64,000 nucleotides of DNA, taken from an uncultured Sulfolobales archaeon. GTDB taxonomy: Archaea > Thermoproteota > Thermoprotei_A > Sulfolobales > NBVN01. Shown here piece after piece: positions 29,041 to 37,901 of this stretch. The stretch covers positions 170,028 to 234,027 of the forward strand of contig CALEDH010000008.1 in assembly GCA_937949785.1 (NCBI GenBank), written 5' to 3'. Each line of letters begins with the position of its first letter. Position 1 is the first letter of the stretch. The notes beneath the pieces were generated by a model, which saw only the letters and a list, made by a program, of their open reading frames with translations, did not search any database and had not been told where the DNA came from. A program made the translations under genes and the position numbers.

Positions 29041-29826
29041 GTGTGGAAGTGTAGATGTATTATATGTAGAGCGTTAGTACATCCCATAATTAGTAGGGTT
29101 AGTCCAGTAATTAGCTATCAGACCGACCTAGAAGTTATGAAGACCTCCCCACCTGAGGTTGAGGAGGTTAGTAAGGTTGTTCAGGTTACCACACCTTCTG
29201 AGCAGTTGAAGGTGAGACCCACCTCCGAAGAAGTTATTCCTTCCAAGCCTCAGGAAGTCCCTCAGCAAGGTCAGCAGCCCTCCGTAGTTGAGGTTAAGAT
29301 ACCTCCAGAACTCGTAGAGCAGATGAGTAAGTTAGAAAGTGAGATAAACACGTTAAGAGGTGAGATAGCATCGTTAAACGACGGTATTAAATCTGTAATA
29401 CTTGAGTTTAAGGAAGTGATTGCTGAGATTTCCTCACCTTTTAATTTGTTGAGGGGCAGTACCCACAGCAGTAGGAATGGTAACGGTAATGGTACGAAGA
29501 AGGCGGAAGCTTCTATACACCATAAGCTCACACCTACCTCGTTTTTCGAACTGCTTAACGTAGTTTACTCTATGTTGAGTAGGTTAAGTAAGGACCAGGT
29601 CCGTATGTTGGTTGAGGGTTATGTTAAGTCAGGTATGGTGGGGGAGGACGTGGGTAGGGCATTAGTAGGTATTGTTGAGTTAGCTGATGATATGCGTAGA
29701 GCAGGGTTAAGCTTAGAGGAACACCTACCATACCTCTTCTCAATGCTCACCGCATTAAACGTTAAAGATCAATCACTTAACGACTACGTGTTAAGGGAGT
29801 TGATACGTCGTGGGAAGATTGGTTAG
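29041..29826 (+). CDS. arlX: ArlX-like archaellum accessory protein (coiled-coil, FlaC/FlaX-like)
   Basis: It occupies the position between archaellin(s) and arlG. It has a P/E/Q-rich linker, then the coiled coil 'ELVEQMSKLESEINTLRGEIASLNDGIKSVILEFKEVIAE', then a helical C-terminal domain. ATG 29137 is an alternative start. Confidence 0.45.
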   Translation: MWKCRCIICRALVHPIISRVSPVISYQTDLEVMKTSPPEVEEVSKVVQVTTPSEQLKVRPTSEEVIPSKPQEVPQQGQQPSVVEVKIPPELVEQMSKLESEINTLRGEIASLNDGIKSVILEFKEVIAEISSPFNLLRGSTHSSRNGNGNGTKKAEASIHHKLTPTSFFELLNVVYSMLSRLSKDQVRMLVEGYVKSGMVGEDVGRALVGIVELADDMRRAGLSLEEHLPYLFSMLTALNVKDQSLNDYVLRELIRRGKIG

Positions 29827-30322
29827 GAACGGTGTTTCAGGCATAATAGTTGAGGCATTACTGCTAGTGGTTGGTGTGTCGTTAGCCATACTTTTTAGTT
29901 CGACGGTGATGTCTAAGTTATCTGAATTTCAAAGTAGGTTTACAGTGATTTCCTCGCAGACTATTCAAAGCTTTAGTGAGAAGTTAACCTACGTACACGC
30001 TACTTACAACTCAAGTGAGGGCTGCTTCTTAATATACATTAAGAATGCTGGTAGCTACGCTATAAGCTCATTAGATAGGGCTACTACTATATTCGGACCT
30101 ATAGGTGCTGCGACCTACATACCATTTAGTAACTCACCGGCTGCTGGGTGTGGTTGTTGGAACTACGTTGAATATGAAATAGTTAATAACGCCTTAGACC
30201 CTTATGAAACGATAGCTATAAAGATATATAACTCAACACCTCTAACACCTCCATACTATTTCAAATTCGTAACGAGTAGGGGGACCTCCTTAGAGGCTGA
30301 GTTCAGCTCGCTCCTAAGGTGA
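29810..30322 (+). CDS. arlG: Archaellum protein ArlG (FlaG)
   Basis: It has an N-terminal pilin-like hydrophobic helix 'GVSGIIVEALLLVVGVSLAILF' followed by a beta-rich domain. Its operon position (X-G-F-H-I-J) fits, and it overlaps both neighbours. Confidence 0.6.
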   Translation: MGRLVRNGVSGIIVEALLLVVGVSLAILFSSTVMSKLSEFQSRFTVISSQTIQSFSEKLTYVHATYNSSEGCFLIYIKNAGSYAISSLDRATTIFGPIGAATYIPFSNSPAAGCGCWNYVEYEIVNNALDPYETIAIKIYNSTPLTPPYYFKFVTSRGTSLEAEFSSLLR

Positions 30323-30834
30323 TGTGGATGTCCGCATCATTGGTTGTAACCTCATTCATAATAATTGGTATGATGTTCTTCTTTCTAATATACATAGCTA
30401 ATACGGTGGTAACAGGCTTAGGTCTTATAAGTAAAGCTGTAGAACTAAGGAGGGATGCAGAGCTCTCTAAACCTATGTTAAGAGTTCAATCAGCTAAGTG
30501 CTTAAGTAATTATGTAGAGGTTAACTTAAGTAACGTCGGCTCATCATCAACGTTCATAGACCGCTCAACAACAGTAATTATTGAGTACCTAGTTAATGGA
30601 AGTTCGGAACACGTCGTTGAGGTCTTAAGGTATGGGGAGTCATGGTTTATCACCGGGTACTACATAGGCAGTAAGTTCTATCAGAATTCCAACGACTTCG
30701 TAGAGTTAAAGCCTGGTATGGTAGTGGTTATTAATATGCTGCCTTCGAAAACACCTTCCACAGATAACCCGATTTTATTAGTAATTACAACCGCTAACGG
30801 TGAGAGGGTTGAGTATATCTTCACCCCCAATTAA
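30319..30834 (+). CDS. arlF: Archaellum protein ArlF (FlaF)
   Basis: An N-terminal TM helix plus a beta-sandwich-sized domain, in the expected operon position, with a 4-nt overlap with arlG. Confidence 0.6.
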   Translation: MMWMSASLVVTSFIIIGMMFFFLIYIANTVVTGLGLISKAVELRRDAELSKPMLRVQSAKCLSNYVEVNLSNVGSSSTFIDRSTTVIIEYLVNGSSEHVVEVLRYGESWFITGYYIGSKFYQNSNDFVELKPGMVVVINMLPSKTPSTDNPILLVITTANGERVEYIFTPN

Positions 30835-31543
30835 GTCTGCCTTAACGGTGCTTAGTACAGGTAATGAAGAGCTAGATAATAGATTAGGTGGCGGGCTCCC
30901 ACTACCATCGTTAATAGTTCTAGAGGGTGATAGCGGAACCGGTAAGACAGTAATATGTAATCAGATATCCTACGGTTTAACATCTGCTGGTAGGAAAGTC
31001 CTATACGTAACTACTGAGAATACTGTTAAGAACTTCTTAGAGCAGGCAATTAATGTGAGGTACGATTTAACAACACCTTACGTTAAGGGATTACTGGCTA
31101 TAGTGCCGGCACATCTTGAAGGTATTAAATGGTGTGAGGAGGGAGTAAATAAGGTTGTAGAAGCTTTAACTAATTTCTTAAAGTTAAGGAGTAAGAAGTA
31201 TGACTGCATAATAGTAGACTCAGTGAGTATGTTAGCAAGATATTTAAGCATATCTAACTTTTATAACTTCCTAACAGAGTTGAGGGTCCTGGCTAGGGAT
31301 GGGAAATTAGTTCTAATTACAATACATCCAGAGATTGTTAGTAAGGAGGTCATGAAGGTAGCTACATCAACTTCTGATGTCTATCTAAGATTAGCTCATG
31401 CGGAAATCGGTGGGAGGGCTGTGAAGGTAATCAATGTAGTTAAGATTAGAGGTGCTCCTACACTGGCTGAATCAGCTATAGCCTTCGACGTCGACCCAGC
31501 ATTCGGTATTAAGATAATACCTTTGGCGTTAGCTAAGGCTTAG
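30800..31543 (+). CDS. arlH: Archaellum protein ArlH (FlaH), RecA/KaiC-like ATP-binding protein
   Basis: 'LSTGNEELDNRLGGGLPLPSLIVLEGDSGTGKT' (Walker A) and the ~230-aa KaiC-like pattern. The true start may lie slightly downstream of 30800. Confidence 0.85.
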   Translation: MRGLSISSPPIKSALTVLSTGNEELDNRLGGGLPLPSLIVLEGDSGTGKTVICNQISYGLTSAGRKVLYVTTENTVKNFLEQAINVRYDLTTPYVKGLLAIVPAHLEGIKWCEEGVNKVVEALTNFLKLRSKKYDCIIVDSVSMLARYLSISNFYNFLTELRVLARDGKLVLITIHPEIVSKEVMKVATSTSDVYLRLAHAEIGGRAVKVINVVKIRGAPTLAESAIAFDVDPAFGIKIIPLALAKA

Positions 31544-31555
31544 TAGGCGGTTGAT

Positions 31556-33313
31556 ATGAATGCTCAAGTAGGTGTTGAAGGCCTTCAAGAATTAAATACG
31601 GCTATGAGGAAGTACGGGTATTTAGCTAGGTACGTCATAGAGGTATCTAAGACTTTAGGTATTCCTAAATATCAGCAGGACCTTACAGGCGCTTTAAAGA
31701 AAGCTGTTAATATAAACGTTATATACTCTGTTGATGAAGGGATCTTCATCCACATATTCATGCCTCCCGGAGGTACTTCATCAGGTTATAGGAAATACGT
31801 TATTATAGAGCCTCCTAAGCCGCCTAGGGAGCTCTTCACATTAGTTGAGGAGAAATTAGCTGAGGTCCTAACCGATAAGGACATAGCTGAGGACATGAAC
31901 TCTAGGAAGAACATATTAATCAAGTACGTTGGGAAGATTGTTGAGGTTAGCAATTCTAATTCGCAGATTAATTATAAGGAATTACTGCTAAGGAAGAATA
32001 AAAATAAATTAAGTAAGGTCCCCGTATTGAGGAGCGACTACGATAACTTAATATACTACTTAATTAGGGATAAGGTAGGCTTAGGTGTTCTCGAGCCGTT
32101 GCTTAAGGACCGCTACATAGAGGATGTGTACTGCAACGGTATTGGATACGTGCACGTGGTCCATAAAATCTTCGGACCTTTAGAAACCAATATATACTTC
32201 AACACTTCAGAGGATTTAGATAGGTTCGTTATAGAGTTAAGTGAGAGGATAGGTAAGCCAGTAAGTCATGCAAGACCTATAGTTGATGCTACACTACCTG
32301 ATGGGAGTAGGATAAACATAGTCTACGGCGTTGACGTCAGCTTAAGGGGTAGTAATTTCACTATAAGGAAGTTTAGTAAGGTACCTATGAGCATTCTTGA
32401 GCTAGTAAATTTAGGGACTCTTAACAGTTACGTAGCTGCCTATATCTGGATGCTCCTTCTTGAAGGGATGAGCGGATTCGTATCAGGTGAGACAGCATCA
32501 GGTAAGACCACAACTCTTAACGCTATAATACCTTTTATTAGACCCAGCGCTAAGATCGTATCAATAGAGGATACAGCTGAGATTCAAGCACCGCATGAGA
32601 ATTGGACTAGGGAGTTAACCAGAGACACAGGTAGTGTTGAGACCAGCATCACGTTGTTCGACCTACTTAAGGCCGCTTTAAGGCAGAGACCTAATTACAT
32701 AATAGTTGGTGAGATTAGAGGTGCTGAAGGTAACGTAGCTTTTCAGGCAATGCAGACAGGGCATCCAGTACTCGCTACATTCCACGCAAGTAGTGTTGAA
32801 AGGCTAATACAGAGAATTACGTCACCGCCTATAAACGTACCTAAAACTCAGTTAGATAATCTTAACTTCATCTTAATTCAGAGCGCTGTATATAAGGAGG
32901 GCATTTTAATGAGGAGGGTTATAAGCGTTAACGAAGTGATAGGTTACGATCCTAGAAGTAATTCAGTTATCTACGTACCGATATTTACATGGGACCCGGT
33001 GAGGGATGTATTCACCTTTAGGGGTAAGGGTACGAGTTACCTACTTGAGGAGAAGTTAGCGCTTGCTAGGGGTATTTCAAGGAGGAACATGTACCTAATA
33101 TATGAGGAGTTAGAGCTGAGAGCTAAGATATTAGAGGAATTAAGGGTTAAGAACATATTGAATTACTACGACATATTTAGAGTTATTGCGAGGATATACG
33201 GTCTGATCGATTCAAGGCTTAAAGGGGCTTCTAAGGAGGAGACAGCTCAAACCATGATTCAGGGGTTAGAGGAATCGCTGATTAGATTGAGGAAGGGTGA
33301 GTTAACCCGGTAG
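31556..33313 (+). CDS. arlI: Archaellum motor ATPase ArlI (FlaI), type II/IV secretion ATPase family
   Basis: Walker A 'GETASGKTT', Walker B/Asp box 'PNYIIVGEIRGAEG', and His box 'GHPVLATFHA'. Confidence 0.92.
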   Translation: MNAQVGVEGLQELNTAMRKYGYLARYVIEVSKTLGIPKYQQDLTGALKKAVNINVIYSVDEGIFIHIFMPPGGTSSGYRKYVIIEPPKPPRELFTLVEEKLAEVLTDKDIAEDMNSRKNILIKYVGKIVEVSNSNSQINYKELLLRKNKNKLSKVPVLRSDYDNLIYYLIRDKVGLGVLEPLLKDRYIEDVYCNGIGYVHVVHKIFGPLETNIYFNTSEDLDRFVIELSERIGKPVSHARPIVDATLPDGSRINIVYGVDVSLRGSNFTIRKFSKVPMSILELVNLGTLNSYVAAYIWMLLLEGMSGFVSGETASGKTTTLNAIIPFIRPSAKIVSIEDTAEIQAPHENWTRELTRDTGSVETSITLFDLLKAALRQRPNYIIVGEIRGAEGNVAFQAMQTGHPVLATFHASSVERLIQRITSPPINVPKTQLDNLNFILIQSAVYKEGILMRRVISVNEVIGYDPRSNSVIYVPIFTWDPVRDVFTFRGKGTSYLLEEKLALARGISRRNMYLIYEELELRAKILEELRVKNILNYYDIFRVIARIYGLIDSRLKGASKEETAQTMIQGLEESLIRLRKGELTR

Positions 33314-33321
33314 TGAATTAG

Positions 33322-34965
33322 ATGAGTGCTAGGTCTAGTAAGAAGTTATTCCTCGATAAATACTTCGTAATCTCATCGCTATCCACTGCTGCAGTATTAA
33401 TTTACTTTAGAGACCTCCAATTCCTACCACTGATGTTCATACCGGTTGCGGTGTGGTTGGTTAGGGTCTTACTACCGTATTTTAGACGTAGGTTGGGTAC
33501 AGATGTTATTGACTTAAACCTCCTCTACCTCCTACTGCATATGTATGCAGTATCTACTGGTAGGCCTGACCGTAGGAGGGTTTTCCAACTGAATAACGTC
33601 TTAGGTAGTTATGGGGATTACGAAGTAATGTTAAATCGAATAGCTTCCTTAGCTATTGACTGGGGTTACGGTTTTGTGAGGTCTATTAGGTTAGTAGCTA
33701 AGGATGTGAGGAATAGGGTGTTTAGGGAATTCCTACTTAGGTTTAGTGAGGTTTTAAGAACTGGTGAGGATATAGTTAGATTCTTAGATGTTGAATACGC
33801 AGCTGTTAGGAGGAATTACCAGGCCCAGTATAGTAGGGCTATGGATTTAATGAGGATAATACTAGGTATGCATACGACTTTAATGAGTTCTACGGGATTC
33901 GTACTTACGGTTATGGCCATCTTCATGGTCTTCACCGGTAGTAATATCGTAACATACTCACTAACTTTAATAGGCTCTATAACCATCATAGTGTTGTTTA
34001 CCGTAGTCACGTATTTAGTGGTGCCTAAGGAGTGGATAACACCTAATATAAAGCCAAGGCCTAAACGTATTTACCGGAAGTATAACCTATCAGTAATAGC
34101 GGCTTTGTTGATCGCATTCCCAACCAGCTACTTAATCTATAATAACTACGGTAGCCTAGAATTAGCGATAATGATCGGCGGGGGTTTAACCCTCCTTCCA
34201 GGGTTAACAGCCACTGTAATAGAAAATAACATTAAGAAGGTCGAGTCTTTCTATCCGATATTCATCCGTAGTTTCGGGTTAACGTATTCAGTACTGCCTA
34301 ACTACGTGAAGACGCTCTCATCATTGCTTATGAGCGATTTCGGCTTCCTAACTAAACACATCAAATTACTCTACGCTAAGCTGACTAACGGTATAGATGC
34401 TAGGATTTCCTGGAGGCATTTCGTAGAGGGGATATGGAGTGACCTAATTATGAGGACCACAAACATAGTAGTAGATGCTGTTGATGTTGGAGGTGATTTA
34501 AGGAATGTAGGTATTTCTCTAAACGATTTGATGATAAGGCTTAGAGACCTTAGAAGTGGTAGGGAGAGGGTTGCTAGAACGTTTGAAGCGACTACCTACA
34601 TACTTCAAATGCTTGTAACAGCTGTATCTATAAGCATAGTCAACATCCTCGAGATGTTCTCTAAATTCATGAAGTCCCTAGAAGTAGGTCTTGAAATAAC
34701 CGAATACTACGGAGTAATACCGTTCTATATAACGCCGGAGATAATATCATTTATATATAATGCTACGCTGCTCTACCTAGTTTTCTTAGTAGTTATTAAT
34801 GCTCTGGCCATAAAGCTAGCGTACGGTGGTGTCCTAGAAACTTTTTGGATTCAAATATCGCTGCTCTCAATAATGACTGCCTCAGCAGCATTTGCGATGA
34901 AGATGTTGATAAACTACGTGTTCGGTCAACTACTATTCCCGGAGTTAGTGCCAATCCCTACGTAG
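33322..34965 (+). CDS. arlJ: Archaellum platform membrane protein ArlJ (FlaJ)
   Basis: A 547-aa polytopic protein with two T2SS-F-like halves, immediately after arlI. Confidence 0.85.
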   Translation: MSARSSKKLFLDKYFVISSLSTAAVLIYFRDLQFLPLMFIPVAVWLVRVLLPYFRRRLGTDVIDLNLLYLLLHMYAVSTGRPDRRRVFQLNNVLGSYGDYEVMLNRIASLAIDWGYGFVRSIRLVAKDVRNRVFREFLLRFSEVLRTGEDIVRFLDVEYAAVRRNYQAQYSRAMDLMRIILGMHTTLMSSTGFVLTVMAIFMVFTGSNIVTYSLTLIGSITIIVLFTVVTYLVVPKEWITPNIKPRPKRIYRKYNLSVIAALLIAFPTSYLIYNNYGSLELAIMIGGGLTLLPGLTATVIENNIKKVESFYPIFIRSFGLTYSVLPNYVKTLSSLLMSDFGFLTKHIKLLYAKLTNGIDARISWRHFVEGIWSDLIMRTTNIVVDAVDVGGDLRNVGISLNDLMIRLRDLRSGRERVARTFEATTYILQMLVTAVSISIVNILEMFSKFMKSLEVGLEITEYYGVIPFYITPEIISFIYNATLLYLVFLVVINALAIKLAYGGVLETFWIQISLLSIMTASAAFAMKMLINYVFGQLLFPELVPIPT

Positions 34966-35009
34966 TGTTTAATATTTTCTAAATTAGATTAAATTAATGA
35001 GGTTATATA

Positions 35010-37382
35010 ATGTTGCTAAGAGCGTTCAGCCGGGGGGTCGTGAAGCCCTTACTCCTACTAACACTTATAACCTCATTAATTAGTCCGTATGCTGTAGTTT
35101 TAGAAGGATCAACACCCTCAGTTAAGTATCAGACAATTACTTGGGTAGATGTAGATGGTGTTTGGATAATTGATGTTTCAATATCTACGGAACTTCCATG
35201 GGTTATAGGTCAGGTGACGGCTTTATACGTAAATGCTATGTTGAAGAACACCCCTTCCAACGATTCTATGGACATCGTTGTTAGGGTCTTACTCAACACT
35301 GCTGAGGTATCATCTAAACACTTAGGTAGGATATCAAGCAGTTCTAGAAGTGTTAGCGGGGCGTTATACTTAATACCGGCTAGTATCTTCGATAAAACTC
35401 CTTTAGAACCCCCCTTTACCTATCAGCTTGGGGTAGTTGTTGAGGGATTTAGAGGTGGTAAGGCATTTAAATACTCCTTCAACTACCCAGTGACGCTCAC
35501 ACCTAGTAGGGGTTTGGTTAGAGCTGATATGCTTATCAACGATGAGGTAGGCTATTACTATATCTTCGAATCGCTAAGTAGTATTAACATATCAGTAGTG
35601 TTGAGAAATCAGGGAGGTAAGAACGTAGCGTGGGCTATGGTTGAGACCTACTTAGGTGATAGACTTATTGGTAGGAGGTATTTAGAGTTGATAAGACCTG
35701 GTGAAGTTAAGTTAGTTAGCTTCCTAGTATTCGATTACTTTACCCCCAACATATACAGCGTTAGATCGGTAGTTAGTTATATGGATGTTGAAGGTGTTAG
35801 AGAGGAAGTAACTGTATCAGGGATTATTGAGGTTTTCAAGAATATTAACGTGATGTTAAGCAGTGATAAGGCCTCAGTTATCGAAGGCTCTCCGATAACG
35901 CTCCGCGGTAAGGTATCTGTAAGTGATGAAATCTATGTAGTTCTTGAGAAGTTAGTTGGTAGGTCATGGATACCTATCAACATTACCTTATCTCGTAACG
36001 GTGTATTCACGTTTAACTGGGTTGCTGAGGATGTAGACCCTGCAAAAGAGCATGTCGAACATGTCTTTAGGGCTAGAATACCTCTATCGGGTGTAGGGAG
36101 TAATGCCAGCGTTGTCAGTAATTCAGCATCTGTAGTAGTGTATAATGTTAGGAGGGTTAGCGATTTCATAGCCGACCTAACCATAGGTTTAGAACCTAAT
36201 GTAGTGTTTAGAGGTTTTAATACATCGATTACTGTTAAGGTCGTTCCATACTTACCTGTCTGCATACCGGTTAAGATAACGTATTTCGAGCAGTCAATTA
36301 ATACGTGGCTCGAACTAAGTAGTATGTACGTATGTGGTGAGGGTGGTGGGGTAGTTAACATTAACTTACCTCCCGGTAAGTACCCGGTTAAGGCTTTAAT
36401 CACGTCAATGTATAGAAGTGTTGAAAGCCTACCTAAACTACTCACAGTCTTGGAAATACCTAAGCTATTAATCAACGCCCCTAAGAAGTTAATATATGGC
36501 AGTGACATACCGATATCATTAACCACCGACCCAGCGGTGAATGAATCACTCAGCGGGTACGTATACCTGATGAGGGGTGAGGACGTGGTTATTAACACGT
36601 CGTTAAGTATTTTAGGAATAGGTGAGGTAGTATTTAAGAACGTAAGTTATGAAGGTGTCCTAACGGTTAATGCCTGCGTGAAACTTCATAACGTTAACAT
36701 ATGTAATAAGAGCAGTGTTGAGGTTTTAAAACCCACGTTAACTATAACACCTACATCTGCAAAGGTTGAGGTAGGCTCACCGGTTAAGTACTCTATTAAA
36801 GTATCACCGCCTGATAAGTATGACATGCTGTTTAACGTAGTGAGTGATTCCGTAGTGATACATAGTAGTAGGGTTAAGACAGATGAGTTCGGTAATGTGG
36901 TAGCGGAGTTTTCAGCCCCTAATAAAACAGGTAGTTACTCAGTTATAGCATCGATCTACGGCACAGCGTTATCAGTTAGTGGTAGGTTAGACGTCATAGA
37001 ATTCATTAAATCTATAACGTTGGAGTTGCTAAATAAATCTGTTCAAATATCGGATAAGGTTTATGCTAAGGTGACAGTATATCCAACACCTTCTAGGCCG
37101 AGTCAAGTAATTATCAGCTTAGGCATAGGTAGTAGGTGGGATCCGGTAGCTTACCACATGATGACTACTGGTTCCTCTACCATCACGTTTACAGCACCTA
37201 GTTCTGAAGGTCGCTACGTTGTGAAGGCTGTCATACCTGAATTAAATGTTGAGAGTAATAGTGAGGTGTTGGAGGTGCTTCCAAGGACAACTACTTTAAT
37301 ACCTACTGAGTACCTCTACGTAGTTATAGGTTCCGTTGTAGTTGGGGGTGTGCTTATATACGTTGTAGGTAGGAGGAGGTGA
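35010..37382 (+). CDS. Large secreted, C-terminally membrane-anchored surface protein with multiple Ig-like/CARDB-like beta domains
   Basis: It has the N-terminal signal 'LLLLTLITSLISPYAVVLEG' and the C-terminal TM plus basic stop-transfer 'YLYVVIGSVVVGGVLIYVVGRRR'. The repeated ~90-100-aa beta-rich modules include 'NISVVLRNQGGKNVAWAMVETYLGD...' (CARDB-like). It starts 44 nt after arlJ. Confidence 0.5.
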   Translation: MLLRAFSRGVVKPLLLLTLITSLISPYAVVLEGSTPSVKYQTITWVDVDGVWIIDVSISTELPWVIGQVTALYVNAMLKNTPSNDSMDIVVRVLLNTAEVSSKHLGRISSSSRSVSGALYLIPASIFDKTPLEPPFTYQLGVVVEGFRGGKAFKYSFNYPVTLTPSRGLVRADMLINDEVGYYYIFESLSSINISVVLRNQGGKNVAWAMVETYLGDRLIGRRYLELIRPGEVKLVSFLVFDYFTPNIYSVRSVVSYMDVEGVREEVTVSGIIEVFKNINVMLSSDKASVIEGSPITLRGKVSVSDEIYVVLEKLVGRSWIPINITLSRNGVFTFNWVAEDVDPAKEHVEHVFRARIPLSGVGSNASVVSNSASVVVYNVRRVSDFIADLTIGLEPNVVFRGFNTSITVKVVPYLPVCIPVKITYFEQSINTWLELSSMYVCGEGGGVVNINLPPGKYPVKALITSMYRSVESLPKLLTVLEIPKLLINAPKKLIYGSDIPISLTTDPAVNESLSGYVYLMRGEDVVINTSLSILGIGEVVFKNVSYEGVLTVNACVKLHNVNICNKSSVEVLKPTLTITPTSAKVEVGSPVKYSIKVSPPDKYDMLFNVVSDSVVIHSSRVKTDEFGNVVAEFSAPNKTGSYSVIASIYGTALSVSGRLDVIEFIKSITLELLNKSVQISDKVYAKVTVYPTPSRPSQVIISLGIGSRWDPVAYHMMTTGSSTITFTAPSSEGRYVVKAVIPELNVESNSEVLEVLPRTTTLIPTEYLYVVIGSVVVGGVLIYVVGRRR

Positions 37383-37391
37383 GGAATGTAA

Positions 37392-37805
37392 ATGGATATA
37401 ACGGCAATATACGGCAATCTAAATAACCTGATTACCTTACTGGCGGTATTTTTAATAGCTTCTATAATACTAATACTGATTCTAACAACTACTAGAACCT
37501 TTGGTGGAAGCACGCGTGAGGAGCCACCGCCTACAGGTGTTGTTGGTGTAGAGGATGAGGAAAGACCTCCTACTCCAGCGCCTTTAAGTAATATTAGCTT
37601 AGACTTGATGAGGAGGCTTGACGAACTTGAATTAATGAATTTCAACAACCTAGTTGAAGAGTTAAATATAAGCCGTGAGGAGTTAAGTAAAGTATTAAAC
37701 AACTTAGTAAGCCAGAGATATGTAGAGGTGAGCGGGGACTTAGTGATGTTGACTGATAGAGGGAGGAAGATGATTTTGTTAATGAGGGAGAAGAGTCAGC
37801 TTTAA
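37392..37805 (+). CDS. Single-pass membrane-tethered winged-helix protein
   Basis: It has an N-terminal TM 'LITLLAVFLIASIILILILTTT', a Pro/Glu-rich linker, and a C-terminal wHTH 'LNISREELSKVLNNLVSQRYVEVSGDLVMLTDRGRKMI'. It starts 9 nt after the surface-protein gene. Confidence 0.45.
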   Translation: MDITAIYGNLNNLITLLAVFLIASIILILILTTTRTFGGSTREEPPPTGVVGVEDEERPPTPAPLSNISLDLMRRLDELELMNFNNLVEELNISREELSKVLNNLVSQRYVEVSGDLVMLTDRGRKMILLMREKSQL

Positions 37806-37901
37806 ATTTATCGTGTATCACCCTACTTCTCTCTATAGTGCTTACGGTTTAAACATGGGGAGGGAGTTTCAGTAAGCCCACGTAAATTATTTAAGGTAGG
37901 T

